A stretch of DNA of 64,000 nt from contig JBAZTA010000002.1 in NCBI GenBank assembly GCA_041662125.1, positions 396,154 to 460,153 on the forward strand, read 5' to 3'. A model generated the notes under the pieces. The model had not been told where the DNA came from. It worked only from the letters and a program-made list of their open reading frames with translations, and did not search any database. This DNA comes from Candidatus Omnitrophota bacterium. Lineage in GTDB: Bacteria; Omnitrophota; Gorgyraeia; Gygaellales; Profunditerraquicolaceae. The position numbers and the translations under genes were made by a program. Within the stretch, counting starts at the first letter, position 1. Every line of letters starts with the position of its first letter. Shown one piece after another: positions 8,366 to 17,290 of this stretch.

Positions 8366-9543
8366 TGTGTTACGCGATCCCGGGGAAGGTCCTGGATGTT
8401 GATAAGAAGATCATAACGGTTGATTATTTCGGCGAACATAAAAAAGCCAGAAATGAGTTTTACGAATTAACGCCGGGGGATTATGTATATGCTCAAGGCG
8501 GGTTTGTTGTGCAGAAGATCTCTGAGAGCGAGGCGATAGAAATTCTTAAAACCTGGGAAGAATTGTTTTTTAAATTGCAGGAGATCGATTCAGAATTAGT
8601 GCGTAATCCCAAGGGGTTATACCAGGTTGCCAATAATATCCGTCACAAAAATCACGGTAATTCCTGCTGTATCCATGGCATCTTAGAGTTTTCCAATTAT
8701 TGCAGGTGTAATTGCCTGTATTGCGGTATTCGAAAGGATTCTCCTGGGGTAACCCGTTACCGGATGAGTGTCGATGAGGTTGTTGATGCTGCTCGAAAAG
8801 CGGTTCATGCGTTAAAATTTAAAGCGCTTGTTTTGCAGTCGGGTGAAGATCTTTGGTATGACGAAAAGAAGCTGGCCAGGATCGTTAAGGAAATGAGGGA
8901 AAAAGCTCCTTGTTTAATAATTTTAAGTATTGGAGAAAGGGATTTAGAAACCTATAGGAAATTATACGACGCAGGGGCCCGCGGGGCGTTAATACGCTTT
9001 GAGACCAGTAATTCCGCTCTTTACAAAAAAATCAGGCCTGAGCATCGTTTAGAAGACCGTCTTGATCTGATCAGAAAATTAAAAGAGATCGGTTATATTG
9101 TCATGACCGGATTTCTTATCGGCTTACCGGGACAGACAGAAGAAGATATCCTGAAAGATATTGACGTAACCGACTCCCTGGGCCCTGATATGTTTTCTTT
9201 TGGGCCGTTTATTCCTCATCCGGACACTCCCCTTGCGCAATACCCCTCGCCTACTACAGAGACGGTTTTAAATACTATTGCTCACGCTCGTATTAAGAGC
9301 CCTCAGGCTAATATACTTGTTAATACTTCTTTTGAGACCCTGGACCGGGAAAACGCGGTCAGGCTTGGGCTGATGGCGGGAGCAAATTCTGTTATGATCA
9401 ATGTGACTCCACAAAAATACCGTAAATTGTATGATATTTATCCAAATCGTGCCGGCATAGATTTAGAGATGCATGAGAGGATCGATGCTATTGTAAAAAC
9501 GCTGCATGCTATTGGCCGTGCGCCGACGGATCTGGGGGTCTAA
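8365..9543 (+). CDS. hydE: HydE-family radical SAM maturase with N-terminal HypC/HupF-like domain (fusion)
   Basis: Residues 1-70 (MCYAIPGKV...VDYFG...GDYVYAQGGFV...EAIEIL) match the HypC signature MC(L/I)A(I/V)P. The remainder matches HydE (ILEFSNYCRCNCLYCGIRKD...LQSGED...GFLIGLPGQT...GPFIPHPDTPLA). Confidence 0.75.
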   Translation: MCYAIPGKVLDVDKKIITVDYFGEHKKARNEFYELTPGDYVYAQGGFVVQKISESEAIEILKTWEELFFKLQEIDSELVRNPKGLYQVANNIRHKNHGNSCCIHGILEFSNYCRCNCLYCGIRKDSPGVTRYRMSVDEVVDAARKAVHALKFKALVLQSGEDLWYDEKKLARIVKEMREKAPCLIILSIGERDLETYRKLYDAGARGALIRFETSNSALYKKIRPEHRLEDRLDLIRKLKEIGYIVMTGFLIGLPGQTEEDILKDIDVTDSLGPDMFSFGPFIPHPDTPLAQYPSPTTETVLNTIAHARIKSPQANILVNTSFETLDRENAVRLGLMAGANSVMINVTPQKYRKLYDIYPNRAGIDLEMHERIDAIVKTLHAIGRAPTDLGV

Positions 9544-10460
9544 TGAAGCTTTTGGTTACGGGGGCGACAGGGTTTATTGGCAGGTATCTTGTTGAGGCCT
9601 TGGTCAGGGAAAATCATGAAGTGTCCGCCCTGGCGAGAGAAACCAGTAAGGTTGATTTTTTGAAGCAGCAGGGGATTGATTGTATTACAGGGGATGTCAG
9701 CGTTGAAAGAAGCCTGCGGCCTGTCTTAGGGCGTAAGTTTGATGCTATTTTTCATTGCGCCGGGTATGTTCTCAACGATGATTGGAAGAAGCTTCACCGG
9801 ATCAATGTCGTTGGTACGGAAAATGTCTGCGCCTTGGGCCTTAAGCTTGGTGTTGAACGGCTGGTATATTTGAGTTCGGTGGCTGTGGTCAGCGGAAATG
9901 ATGTGAGCCCCTTGAAAGAAGATCTCCCGTATAGTGCGACAAACCTGTATGGGCTTTCTAAATTAGACGCTGAAAGTAAAGTAGTAGAGTTCCGGAAAAG
10001 AGGCTTACGCGTTGCGATTGTTCGCCCGTGTATGGTTTATGGGAGAGGTGAACCGCATGCTTTGAGTAAGATCCTTTTTTGCCTGAAACACCGTCTCCTG
10101 CCGCTGGTTGAACAGGGGAAAGCAAAATGGCATCTGGGTTACGTGGAGAATATCGTTGATGTTTTGCTTCTGGCGCTTAAGAAAGAAACAGCCCTGGCGG
10201 GAAGTTTTTTCGCCGCTGATGAAGAAATACTGACCGTAAAAGAAATTTTAGCTATTTTAAGCTCGAATATCAAAGGCCCGCCTCCTTTTTGTATCCCTTC
10301 CTGGATGACGCCAGCTATTCTTAAAATACCGTATATAGGCAAGAAAGCAAACTTTTTTATCAAAGACCGGATCTATGATCTAAGCAGGTTAAAGTCTTTG
10401 GGTTTCAAGGCTAGGTTTAATGCCCGCGAAGCGTTAGCACGCAGTGTCTCTTCTCCTTAA
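9543..10460 (+). CDS. NAD-dependent epimerase/dehydratase (SDR family)
   Basis: N-terminal GATGFIGRYL Rossmann motif. Length 305 aa. Substrate unknown. Confidence 0.65.
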   Translation: MKLLVTGATGFIGRYLVEALVRENHEVSALARETSKVDFLKQQGIDCITGDVSVERSLRPVLGRKFDAIFHCAGYVLNDDWKKLHRINVVGTENVCALGLKLGVERLVYLSSVAVVSGNDVSPLKEDLPYSATNLYGLSKLDAESKVVEFRKRGLRVAIVRPCMVYGRGEPHALSKILFCLKHRLLPLVEQGKAKWHLGYVENIVDVLLLALKKETALAGSFFAADEEILTVKEILAILSSNIKGPPPFCIPSWMTPAILKIPYIGKKANFFIKDRIYDLSRLKSLGFKARFNAREALARSVSSP

Positions 10461-10502
10461 TTCTTCTTAGTTCTCACCTGGCAAAAGTGTTGCAGAATTA
10501 AA

Positions 10503-10530
10503 TTGATAAGAATGACAAAGTTGTTATAAT
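10503..10530 (+). promoter_or_regulatory. Sigma70-like promoter upstream of the 730-aa radical SAM gene
   Basis: TTGATA, 16-nt spacer, TATAAT. Confidence 0.5.
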
Positions 10531-10587
10531 GATAACGGAAATAATGAAGGTTAATTTCGATACGTATCGTTAGCGAGGGTCGAGATA

Positions 10588-12780
10588 ATGAAACAGGTCT
10601 CCAGGGTTTCGCCAAAAGTTGCGGTGTTATTATTTAATACTGATGCGAAAAATGGGGTGTTTTGGGGGAACCTGTCTTTGTCTTTCTTTGCTGGACAGCT
10701 AAAATCGTTAAAGATTGACTACACGTTATTTGTTTTATTAATGAAACCGGCAGATATAAAGCAAAACCAGGAAACCATTAATAAATCTCTTAATCTTCTG
10801 GTGCGGGGAAAGTTTGATACTATCATCATGCATTCTTCATGGCTGCCGTGGCTGCCTCAAACGCTGCGTCAGAGAACGGGGGCTAAAGTTTTCTGCCTGG
10901 ATTATTCAGACAAACAGGATATCCCTGATCAGTTAAATCTTATGGGCTTGCCTCCGGTTCAAACAGTCCTGGCAGCTTTGTTGAATACAAAATTTGAGAG
11001 CATCCAAGAGGTTATAAAAAAATTTAAACGCCTCACAACGTTTAATCCTCAATTTAATTATACTTTCGTAGGCTTACCCCCGGGCAGTCAAACGCTGCCA
11101 AAACAGGAAAAAGTAGACGTTTCTCTTCGAGTTCCTTGTCCGTTCCATCAGGATGTTCGGCTTAATCCTCGGTTTAAAGGGATATGTTTTGACGAAGGGA
11201 TCAGTACGCAAGGTTGTTCTTATTGCGTCGCGGCAAAAGCATCGTTGAATCGCCCTATGGCAGAGGATAAGAAAAGAAAACAAATGGTTGAGCAGGTACG
11301 CTACCTGCAAAACCATCTTCCTTCCTTGAAAGAGATCGCAGTCGTTTATCCGGAGTTATATTTACGGGTGTTGCCCTGGATCATGCGCAATAGTAAAAGG
11401 TTGGGGATTAAACCGATTACTTTTTCCGGCCAATTCAGAGCTGCGGTATTAGCGCGGCATGAGTCGGATATCCGCGTATTGCTTAAGACAGCCCTTAAGA
11501 CCGGCTTTCGGTTTGAAATGTGCGTGGTTGGCTTGGAAAGTTTTTGCAACCAAGATTTGATGTTGTTTAACCGAGGTTCGGTCCGTGAAGTTAGACAGGC
11601 GGTTAAGGTCATTGAAAGGCTTCGGGACAGCTTTGATCCCGGTTTTTTTATGCCCGCCACCGTAGGAAGTTTTATCCTTTTTCATCCTTGGCAAACGGTT
11701 GCCGGTTTAAGGGAGAATATCCGTTCATTTTTGTCTGAGGGTATCCATGGTTTGTTCCCGAAATTAAACTTTAATGATATCCGCATCAATAAAGATGTGG
11801 CATTGTATAAATTGGCAGAAGCGCAAAATTGCCTTTCATCTCAGGCAGGGCGTAATATTAATGATATCCCTCTGGGGGGGTATTTTACTGAACATCCGTG
11901 GGTATTTAAAGATAAAAAAACAAAACACATCCATGCGCTTTATACCAGTCTTGCGCCTAAGGTCACGGAAAGAATAGGATTGCTTGAGGCTTTATGCGAT
12001 TATGCCGAGAAATCAAGACTTAATAGCGAATCCTCTGACGGGAAAAAGATCGTGCCTCTTTTGGAAGGCTTGTATAGTTTGTTATTACGCTATTACTGGC
12101 AGAAGGATTCTGAGGGAGTGCCGGTTTATGTTGGTGATACCTGTAATTCTTCCTGCCAATACTGTGTTTATGAGCATGCGCGGTTTATAAAAGGCAAACC
12201 TTTGGCTATAAAAAACGCACATGCTGCTTTTCTGAAAAATAAGCAAGTAGTGACGATCGCGGGGCGTGAACCTACGCTCCTGCCGTGGCTTATTCCGTTT
12301 ATCCGCGGGTTGAAAAAGAAAAACCCCCGGCGTATCCAGCTTGTTACTAACGCCAGAAGGTGTGTGTATCCTCACTATGCCGGATCTTTGCTCCGCGCGG
12401 GTGTTTCAGATTTTTTAATTAAATTTTTCTCCTGGCAGCCGAAGGTGCATGATCAGCTTACCCGCTGCCCGGGTTCTTTCCGTCAGTCAGTTGCTGGTAT
12501 CGGGGAATTGAAACGGTCGGCCCAAAGTTTGGCTATCCCTGTTCAAATCGCTCTTTTAGTTGTGGTTTCAGATGCAGTCATTAATGAATTACATGAAACA
12601 ATCCTTTTCGCGCAAAGAATAGGCGCTGATGAAGTGCGGTTTGTTTATCCCATGAGCGCGGTTAATCTTGCTGGTTTGAAAGATTCAGCACGAAAATTAG
12701 AAGCTATTTTAAGCCAGCGAAGGGACCCTCGTTTGTGCGTGGGCACTGATCCCCGGTTTAGTTTCTCTATGACTGTTTAG
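10588..12780 (+). CDS. Uncharacterised two-domain protein with C-terminal radical SAM domain
   Basis: C-terminal CNSSCQYC (CX3CX2C) motif followed by a GGEP-like TIAGREPTL. The N-terminal ~440 aa are cysteine-containing with no canonical motif. Own promoter upstream. Confidence 0.55.
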   Translation: MKQVSRVSPKVAVLLFNTDAKNGVFWGNLSLSFFAGQLKSLKIDYTLFVLLMKPADIKQNQETINKSLNLLVRGKFDTIIMHSSWLPWLPQTLRQRTGAKVFCLDYSDKQDIPDQLNLMGLPPVQTVLAALLNTKFESIQEVIKKFKRLTTFNPQFNYTFVGLPPGSQTLPKQEKVDVSLRVPCPFHQDVRLNPRFKGICFDEGISTQGCSYCVAAKASLNRPMAEDKKRKQMVEQVRYLQNHLPSLKEIAVVYPELYLRVLPWIMRNSKRLGIKPITFSGQFRAAVLARHESDIRVLLKTALKTGFRFEMCVVGLESFCNQDLMLFNRGSVREVRQAVKVIERLRDSFDPGFFMPATVGSFILFHPWQTVAGLRENIRSFLSEGIHGLFPKLNFNDIRINKDVALYKLAEAQNCLSSQAGRNINDIPLGGYFTEHPWVFKDKKTKHIHALYTSLAPKVTERIGLLEALCDYAEKSRLNSESSDGKKIVPLLEGLYSLLLRYYWQKDSEGVPVYVGDTCNSSCQYCVYEHARFIKGKPLAIKNAHAAFLKNKQVVTIAGREPTLLPWLIPFIRGLKKKNPRRIQLVTNARRCVYPHYAGSLLRAGVSDFLIKFFSWQPKVHDQLTRCPGSFRQSVAGIGELKRSAQSLAIPVQIALLVVVSDAVINELHETILFAQRIGADEVRFVYPMSAVNLAGLKDSARKLEAILSQRRDPRLCVGTDPRFSFSMTV

Positions 12781-12926
12781 CCTTAGCCAAATTTCCCTCC
12801 CTGAAGAAGTAGAAGGCCTCTTGTTCTAAGGGCTTAATTTTTTCCGAACTGTTCAATCTTAATTACTCAATAGCTTTAATTATAGCTAATATTATGGTAT
12901 ACAACATCTTACGTCCTTGCTTGTTG

Positions 12927-12944
12927 TAGTGAAATAAATCACAA
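12927..12944 (+). promoter_or_regulatory. Candidate Rex operator upstream of rex paralog 2 / hydF / kinase operon
   Basis: TAGTGAAATAAATCACAA: one mismatch per half-site vs TTGTGAA-N4-TTCACAA. Immediately upstream of and overlapping the promoter -35 TTGACA (12950-12955); -10 is TATACT (12972-12977). Confidence 0.5.
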
Positions 12945-12949
12945 AAAAT

Positions 12950-12977
12950 TTGACACAACTCGAAAATATGTTATACT
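12950..12977 (+). promoter_or_regulatory. Sigma70-like promoter upstream of rex paralog 2
   Basis: TTGACA, 16-nt spacer, TATACT. Confidence 0.55.
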
Positions 12978-13007
12978 TAGCATAGTTATTGTGAAATAAG
13001 GAGCAAT

Positions 13008-13643
13008 ATGATTACCAATAAGAATTGTATTATCCGGTTATCGCGGTATAAAAATGCTTTATATCGTCTCAGAACTCTTGGGTTTATTAAAGTATTTTCT
13101 GATAATTTAGCTGATGCCATTGGTGTGATGCCTTCTCAGGTCCGGAAAGATTTCTCGATATTCGGTATTTCCGGAAATAAGCGGGGAGGCTATCAGGTTG
13201 ATGAGCTTATTGAGAAACTCAATAATATCTTAGGTAAGAATGAGATCCAAAAAGTTGTTATTGTTGGGGCAGGCAATATCGGCACCGCGCTCATGAAATA
13301 CAAAGGCTTTGAAAAAGAGGGAATAAAGCTCATGGCGGTCTTTGATATCGATTCTTTGAAATTCAATAAAACCGTAGATGTTCCGGTATTGCCATTGGAG
13401 CAGCTCCCTGATTTTATAAAAAAGAATAAGATCAGAATAGGGATCATTGCGGTTCCTGATATCGCCGCGCAGCAGATACTTGATAGTATGGTTTCTGCGG
13501 GTATTAAGGGGATCTTGAATTTTGCCCCTATACGGTTGCGCGGCCCGGCGGATTGCGTGATCAATAACGTGAACCTGGAGTTGGAGTTGGAAAATGTTAT
13601 TTATTTCGTTAACACGCAGGAGAAAGCAAAGGTTGAGGAATAG
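13008..13643 (+). CDS. rex: Redox-sensing transcriptional repressor Rex (paralog 2)
   Basis: Same architecture as paralog 1 (SRYKNALYRL...DFSIFG...VVIVGAGNIGTALMKY). Own promoter and candidate Rex box upstream. Confidence 0.75.
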   Translation: MITNKNCIIRLSRYKNALYRLRTLGFIKVFSDNLADAIGVMPSQVRKDFSIFGISGNKRGGYQVDELIEKLNNILGKNEIQKVVIVGAGNIGTALMKYKGFEKEGIKLMAVFDIDSLKFNKTVDVPVLPLEQLPDFIKKNKIRIGIIAVPDIAAQQILDSMVSAGIKGILNFAPIRLRGPADCVINNVNLELELENVIYFVNTQEKAKVEE

Positions 13644-13645
13644 GT

Positions 13646-14878
13646 ATGAAGACGACGCCTAAGTCATTGCGTTTGCAGATCGGTTTGTTTGGCCGGACCA
13701 ATGTGGGAAAATCAAGTTTTTTGAATCTCATCGCCGGCCAGGACGTTGCGATCACATCTGCTGTCCCCGGCACAACGACTGACGTCGTGGAAAAGGCCAT
13801 GGAACTTCTACCGCTTGGGCCGGTCGTGTTCTTAGATACCGCAGGGATCGACGATGCTTCTGTGTTGGGTGACCTGCGCGTTAAAAAGTCCCGGAAAATA
13901 TTTGACCGCGCTGATGTTATTGTCTTAATAGCTGAACCTGATGTGTGGGGCGAGTTTGAAGATAAGATCTGGGATGAGGCAGGGAAACGCTCGATCCCGG
14001 TAATTATCGTGGTCAATAAAGCTGATGTGTTGGCGCCTGCAGAAGAGTTTATAGAAGCGCTGCGAAAGAAGACTGATAGATTCTTTCTGTGTTCTAGTAT
14101 CGATTCCGCCCACCGGGATACCTATGTATTTGCTTTGAAAAAGAATCTTATTGAGGTTTGTCCTGCTGATTTCCTGAATCCGCCTCCTTTATTAAAAGAC
14201 CTCCTGCCTTCATGCGGACTGGCAATAATGATCATTCCTATTGATAAGGAAGCTCCGAAAGGAAGGCTTATTTTACCTCAGGCTCAAGCGATACGGGATG
14301 CCTTAGACGGCGATGCGGCGGCGTTGATAGTTAAGGAAAAAGAATACGCCCATACCTTGAGAAATTTGAAGAATCCGCCTGATATCGTTATGTGTGATTC
14401 CCAGGTTGTTGAGAAAATGGTTGCCGATACACCCGCAGGTATCAAATGCACCACGTTTTCGATTTTGTTCGCGCGGAATAAAGGCGATTTATTGGAAATG
14501 GTGAAAGCGATATCGGCCATTGATACGTTAAAGCCGGGTGATAAAATATTAATTGCCGAATCCTGCAGCCATCATGCTATTGAAGATGATATCGGCAGGG
14601 TCAAAATCCCCCGCTGGCTGGAAAAATATTTAGGATTTAAGGTGCATATCGATGTGTGTTCAGGCAGGGATTATCCGGATAATCTCAAGGAGTATAAGCT
14701 TATCGTGCATTGCGGCGGCTGTATGCTGACGCGCAGGGAGATGCTTTTTCGGATCAATAAAGCAAAAGCGGAGAATGTTCCGATAACCAATTACGGTATT
14801 TGTATCGCGTTTTTACAGGGAGTATTAGTTCGGGTGTTATCGCCGTTTCCGGCGTGTTTAGAGGTATTGCGAAAATGA
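13646..14878 (+). CDS. hydF: [FeFe]-hydrogenase maturation GTPase HydF
   Basis: GRTNVGKSSF P-loop and TTTD G2 motif. C-terminal CSHH...HCGGC FeS-binding motif characteristic of HydF. Confidence 0.8.
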   Translation: MKTTPKSLRLQIGLFGRTNVGKSSFLNLIAGQDVAITSAVPGTTTDVVEKAMELLPLGPVVFLDTAGIDDASVLGDLRVKKSRKIFDRADVIVLIAEPDVWGEFEDKIWDEAGKRSIPVIIVVNKADVLAPAEEFIEALRKKTDRFFLCSSIDSAHRDTYVFALKKNLIEVCPADFLNPPPLLKDLLPSCGLAIMIIPIDKEAPKGRLILPQAQAIRDALDGDAAALIVKEKEYAHTLRNLKNPPDIVMCDSQVVEKMVADTPAGIKCTTFSILFARNKGDLLEMVKAISAIDTLKPGDKILIAESCSHHAIEDDIGRVKIPRWLEKYLGFKVHIDVCSGRDYPDNLKEYKLIVHCGGCMLTRREMLFRINKAKAENVPITNYGICIAFLQGVLVRVLSPFPACLEVLRK

Positions 14879-16713
14879 AGACTGAAACCTTGCAAAAGAA
14901 GATATTGTTCTCGTTTTTTCTCGTCATTGGAGTGATGGGGCTGTCTATCGCTATCCTGCGCACGTATGTCATCAAGGTAGATATTATTGACCGGGCGCAG
15001 ACCCAGGTCAAAAATGACCTAAAAGCAGCGCGGGAGGTTTTTGATAATGAGCTCGAAATGATGCAAAAGATGTTTAGCCTCCTGCCTTCGAATGACCATG
15101 TCATCGAATTAAGGGAAAAATTGGGGTTGGATTATTTACGCGTGGCAACGCTTGAAAATAAAACGCGCGTTTTAAGCAAGATCGCGCAGCTTGCGTTTTC
15201 CGGTAAGAGCCTGGGGGCAAGCCGTATTATTGATAAAGACGAGCTTTTGGAGATGGGGGAGGAATTCTATAAACGCTCGGAAATTGAAATACGCTTTACG
15301 CAGAAAGCTAAATCTACGACAAAGAAGATCCTGGATAAAGCAATGGTTTTAGAATACGCTATGCCTCTGGTTACTGAGCAAGGGCAGGTCAAAAGCGTCA
15401 TATATGGGGGGAAGATCATTAATCGCGATTTCGCGTTGGTCGATAGAATACGCGACCTGGTTTTTGAGAATAAGATCTATGATGCCAAGCCGCTGGGAAC
15501 CGTGACAATATTTCTTGATGACGTCCGCATTACCACGAATGTTTTAGACAGCCAAGGCAACCGTGCCATCGGTACGCGGGTTTCCGAGAGAGTCTATGAT
15601 ACGGTGGTCAAGAACGCCTTGACCTGGGTTGACCGGGCCTTTGTTGTGACGGACTGGTACCTTACCGCCTATGAGCCGATACGGGATGTCCAGGGCGCTA
15701 TTATCGGCATACTGTATGTTGGCATCCTGGAAAAGCCCTTTAGCGATATTACCAGAAATGTGCTTTTTGTGCTGGTGGCGATTGTTTCATTTTCTTCTAT
15801 CCTTGCGGCGATTTTAGGGTATGTCCTTGCGGCAACTATCACCAAGCCTTTGACGCAGATGCTTGAAGCGACTTCCCGGATATCGGGAGGCCATCTTGAG
15901 CACCGGGTAGAAAACAGGGCTTCGGTAAAAGAATTGGATGAATTGGCGCGGTCTTTTAATGAGATGGCAGCAAAGCTGCATGAACGCGATATGAGCCTGC
16001 AGGTGTCTAATGATAAACTGGCAGAGCTTAATAAAAGTTACCTTGATTTGATCGGTTTCGTCGCTCATGAGTTAAAGAACATATTGTCTTCTACCATCTT
16101 GAACGCTTATACCGTCAAGGACGGGTTCCTGGGAATGATCAATTTTAAACAGCGTAAAGCTCTTGACTCGGTAGCGCGCAACCTCGATTATTTTGCCTCT
16201 ACCATAAAGAATTTCTTAAACTTAAGCAGAATCGAGAAACATGAGTTGAGCTTGAACAGGTTAGAGTTATCAATAAAAGATGATATTCTTAGCCTCTCAC
16301 TTGAATCGTTCTTGCGCGAGGCAAATGAAAAGAATATCCGGATCATCAATTCCATCCCGGAAGGATTAAAGATAAAAGGTGACAGTGACCTGTTGCAGAT
16401 CGTCTTCAATAATCTTATCGCCAATGCCGTCAAATACGGCAGGCCGGGCGGGCAAATCATCCTGAGCGCACGTGAGTTACCGCAGAGTATTGAAATAGAA
16501 GTCTATAATGATGCCCGGCCTATTCAAGCGGAAGATATCAATAAACTGTTCCAGAAATTCTCTCGTTTGAGTTACGCCGAAAACAAAAAAGAGCGCGGCA
16601 CCGGGTTAGGGCTTTTTATTACTAAAGAGATCATTGAAAAACACGGCGGCAGGATCTGGGTTGAGCCGCGTTTGGAGGGTAACGCGTTTATATTCGGATT
16701 GATGAAAATTTAA
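14875..16713 (+). CDS. Sensor histidine kinase (two TM helices, periplasmic sensor domain, HAMP, HisKA, HATPase)
   Basis: ATG at 14875 overlaps the hydF stop (ATGA). TM1 and TM2 flank a ~260-aa extracytoplasmic domain. H-box VAHELKN. G-box GTGLGLFI. Confidence 0.75.
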   Translation: MKTETLQKKILFSFFLVIGVMGLSIAILRTYVIKVDIIDRAQTQVKNDLKAAREVFDNELEMMQKMFSLLPSNDHVIELREKLGLDYLRVATLENKTRVLSKIAQLAFSGKSLGASRIIDKDELLEMGEEFYKRSEIEIRFTQKAKSTTKKILDKAMVLEYAMPLVTEQGQVKSVIYGGKIINRDFALVDRIRDLVFENKIYDAKPLGTVTIFLDDVRITTNVLDSQGNRAIGTRVSERVYDTVVKNALTWVDRAFVVTDWYLTAYEPIRDVQGAIIGILYVGILEKPFSDITRNVLFVLVAIVSFSSILAAILGYVLAATITKPLTQMLEATSRISGGHLEHRVENRASVKELDELARSFNEMAAKLHERDMSLQVSNDKLAELNKSYLDLIGFVAHELKNILSSTILNAYTVKDGFLGMINFKQRKALDSVARNLDYFASTIKNFLNLSRIEKHELSLNRLELSIKDDILSLSLESFLREANEKNIRIINSIPEGLKIKGDSDLLQIVFNNLIANAVKYGRPGGQIILSARELPQSIEIEVYNDARPIQAEDINKLFQKFSRLSYAENKKERGTGLGLFITKEIIEKHGGRIWVEPRLEGNAFIFGLMKI

Positions 16714-16731
16714 GCTGAAAACAGCTGGATT

Positions 16732-16806
16732 CCACCCCGCGCTCATTGCACCCCAGCCTAATTGGAGTGGCTGGGTACGCCGCCTTCTGCGGCGGTATTG
16801 CGCGGG
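16732..16806 (+). repeat. Conserved intergenic element family A, copy 2 (upstream of hndB)
   Basis: See copy 1. Followed by a GC hairpin (TGCGCC/GGCGCA) abutting the hndB RBS. Confidence 0.7.
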
Positions 16807-16837
16807 TATGCGCCTTTCTGGCGCAAGGAGAATAACT

Positions 16838-17197
16838 ATGTCTGCTACACCACTTGAGATAATTAAAAAGAAACGGGCGGAAGCGCTCAATAGAATTGTC
16901 GGGAAAGGATATTTGTCCACGAAGCGGGTTTATGTGGGCATGGCGACCTGTGAGATAGCAGCCGGTTCAAAAGAAGTTATGGATGTTTTTAATGCTGCGA
17001 TCAAGAACGGTTTGACGGATGTCTATTTGACACAAAAGGGGTGCGCCGGAAGATGTAATTTGGAGCCGACGGTTGAGGTGATCGAAGAAGGAAAGATCCC
17101 GGTTAAATACGGCAAGATAACACAGGAAAAAGCGCTTGAAATCATCGAGCGCCATCTTAAAAAAGGGGAAGTCATTAAAGAATGGCTGATTAAGTAA
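16838..17197 (+). CDS. HndB-like small thioredoxin-fold [2Fe-2S] ferredoxin subunit of NADH-linked [FeFe] hydrogenase
   Basis: ~120 aa with conserved Cys residues (ATCE, KGCAGRC). Sits directly upstream of the NuoF-like subunit. ATG at 16838 has the AAGGAG RBS. Confidence 0.55.
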   Translation: MSATPLEIIKKKRAEALNRIVGKGYLSTKRVYVGMATCEIAAGSKEVMDVFNAAIKNGLTDVYLTQKGCAGRCNLEPTVEVIEEGKIPVKYGKITQEKALEIIERHLKKGEVIKEWLIK

Positions 17198-17254
17198 CCC
17201 CTCGACCGAGCTCGGGGTGAATGAGGCATAAGCGCCAGAGGCATGCCTCATTCA
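17195..17254 (+). repeat. Two-hairpin element family C, copy 1 (between hndB and hndC)
   Basis: TAACCCCTCGACCGAGCTCGGGGTGAATGAGGCATAAGCGCCAGAGGCATGCCTCATTCA. 12-bp stem TGAATGAGGCAT/ATGCCTCATTCA with 13-nt loop. ~85% identical to 60982-61040. Confidence 0.65.
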
Positions 17255-17290
17255 AAGTCAAAAGGCAAAAGAGACGAAAGGTATAAGACA

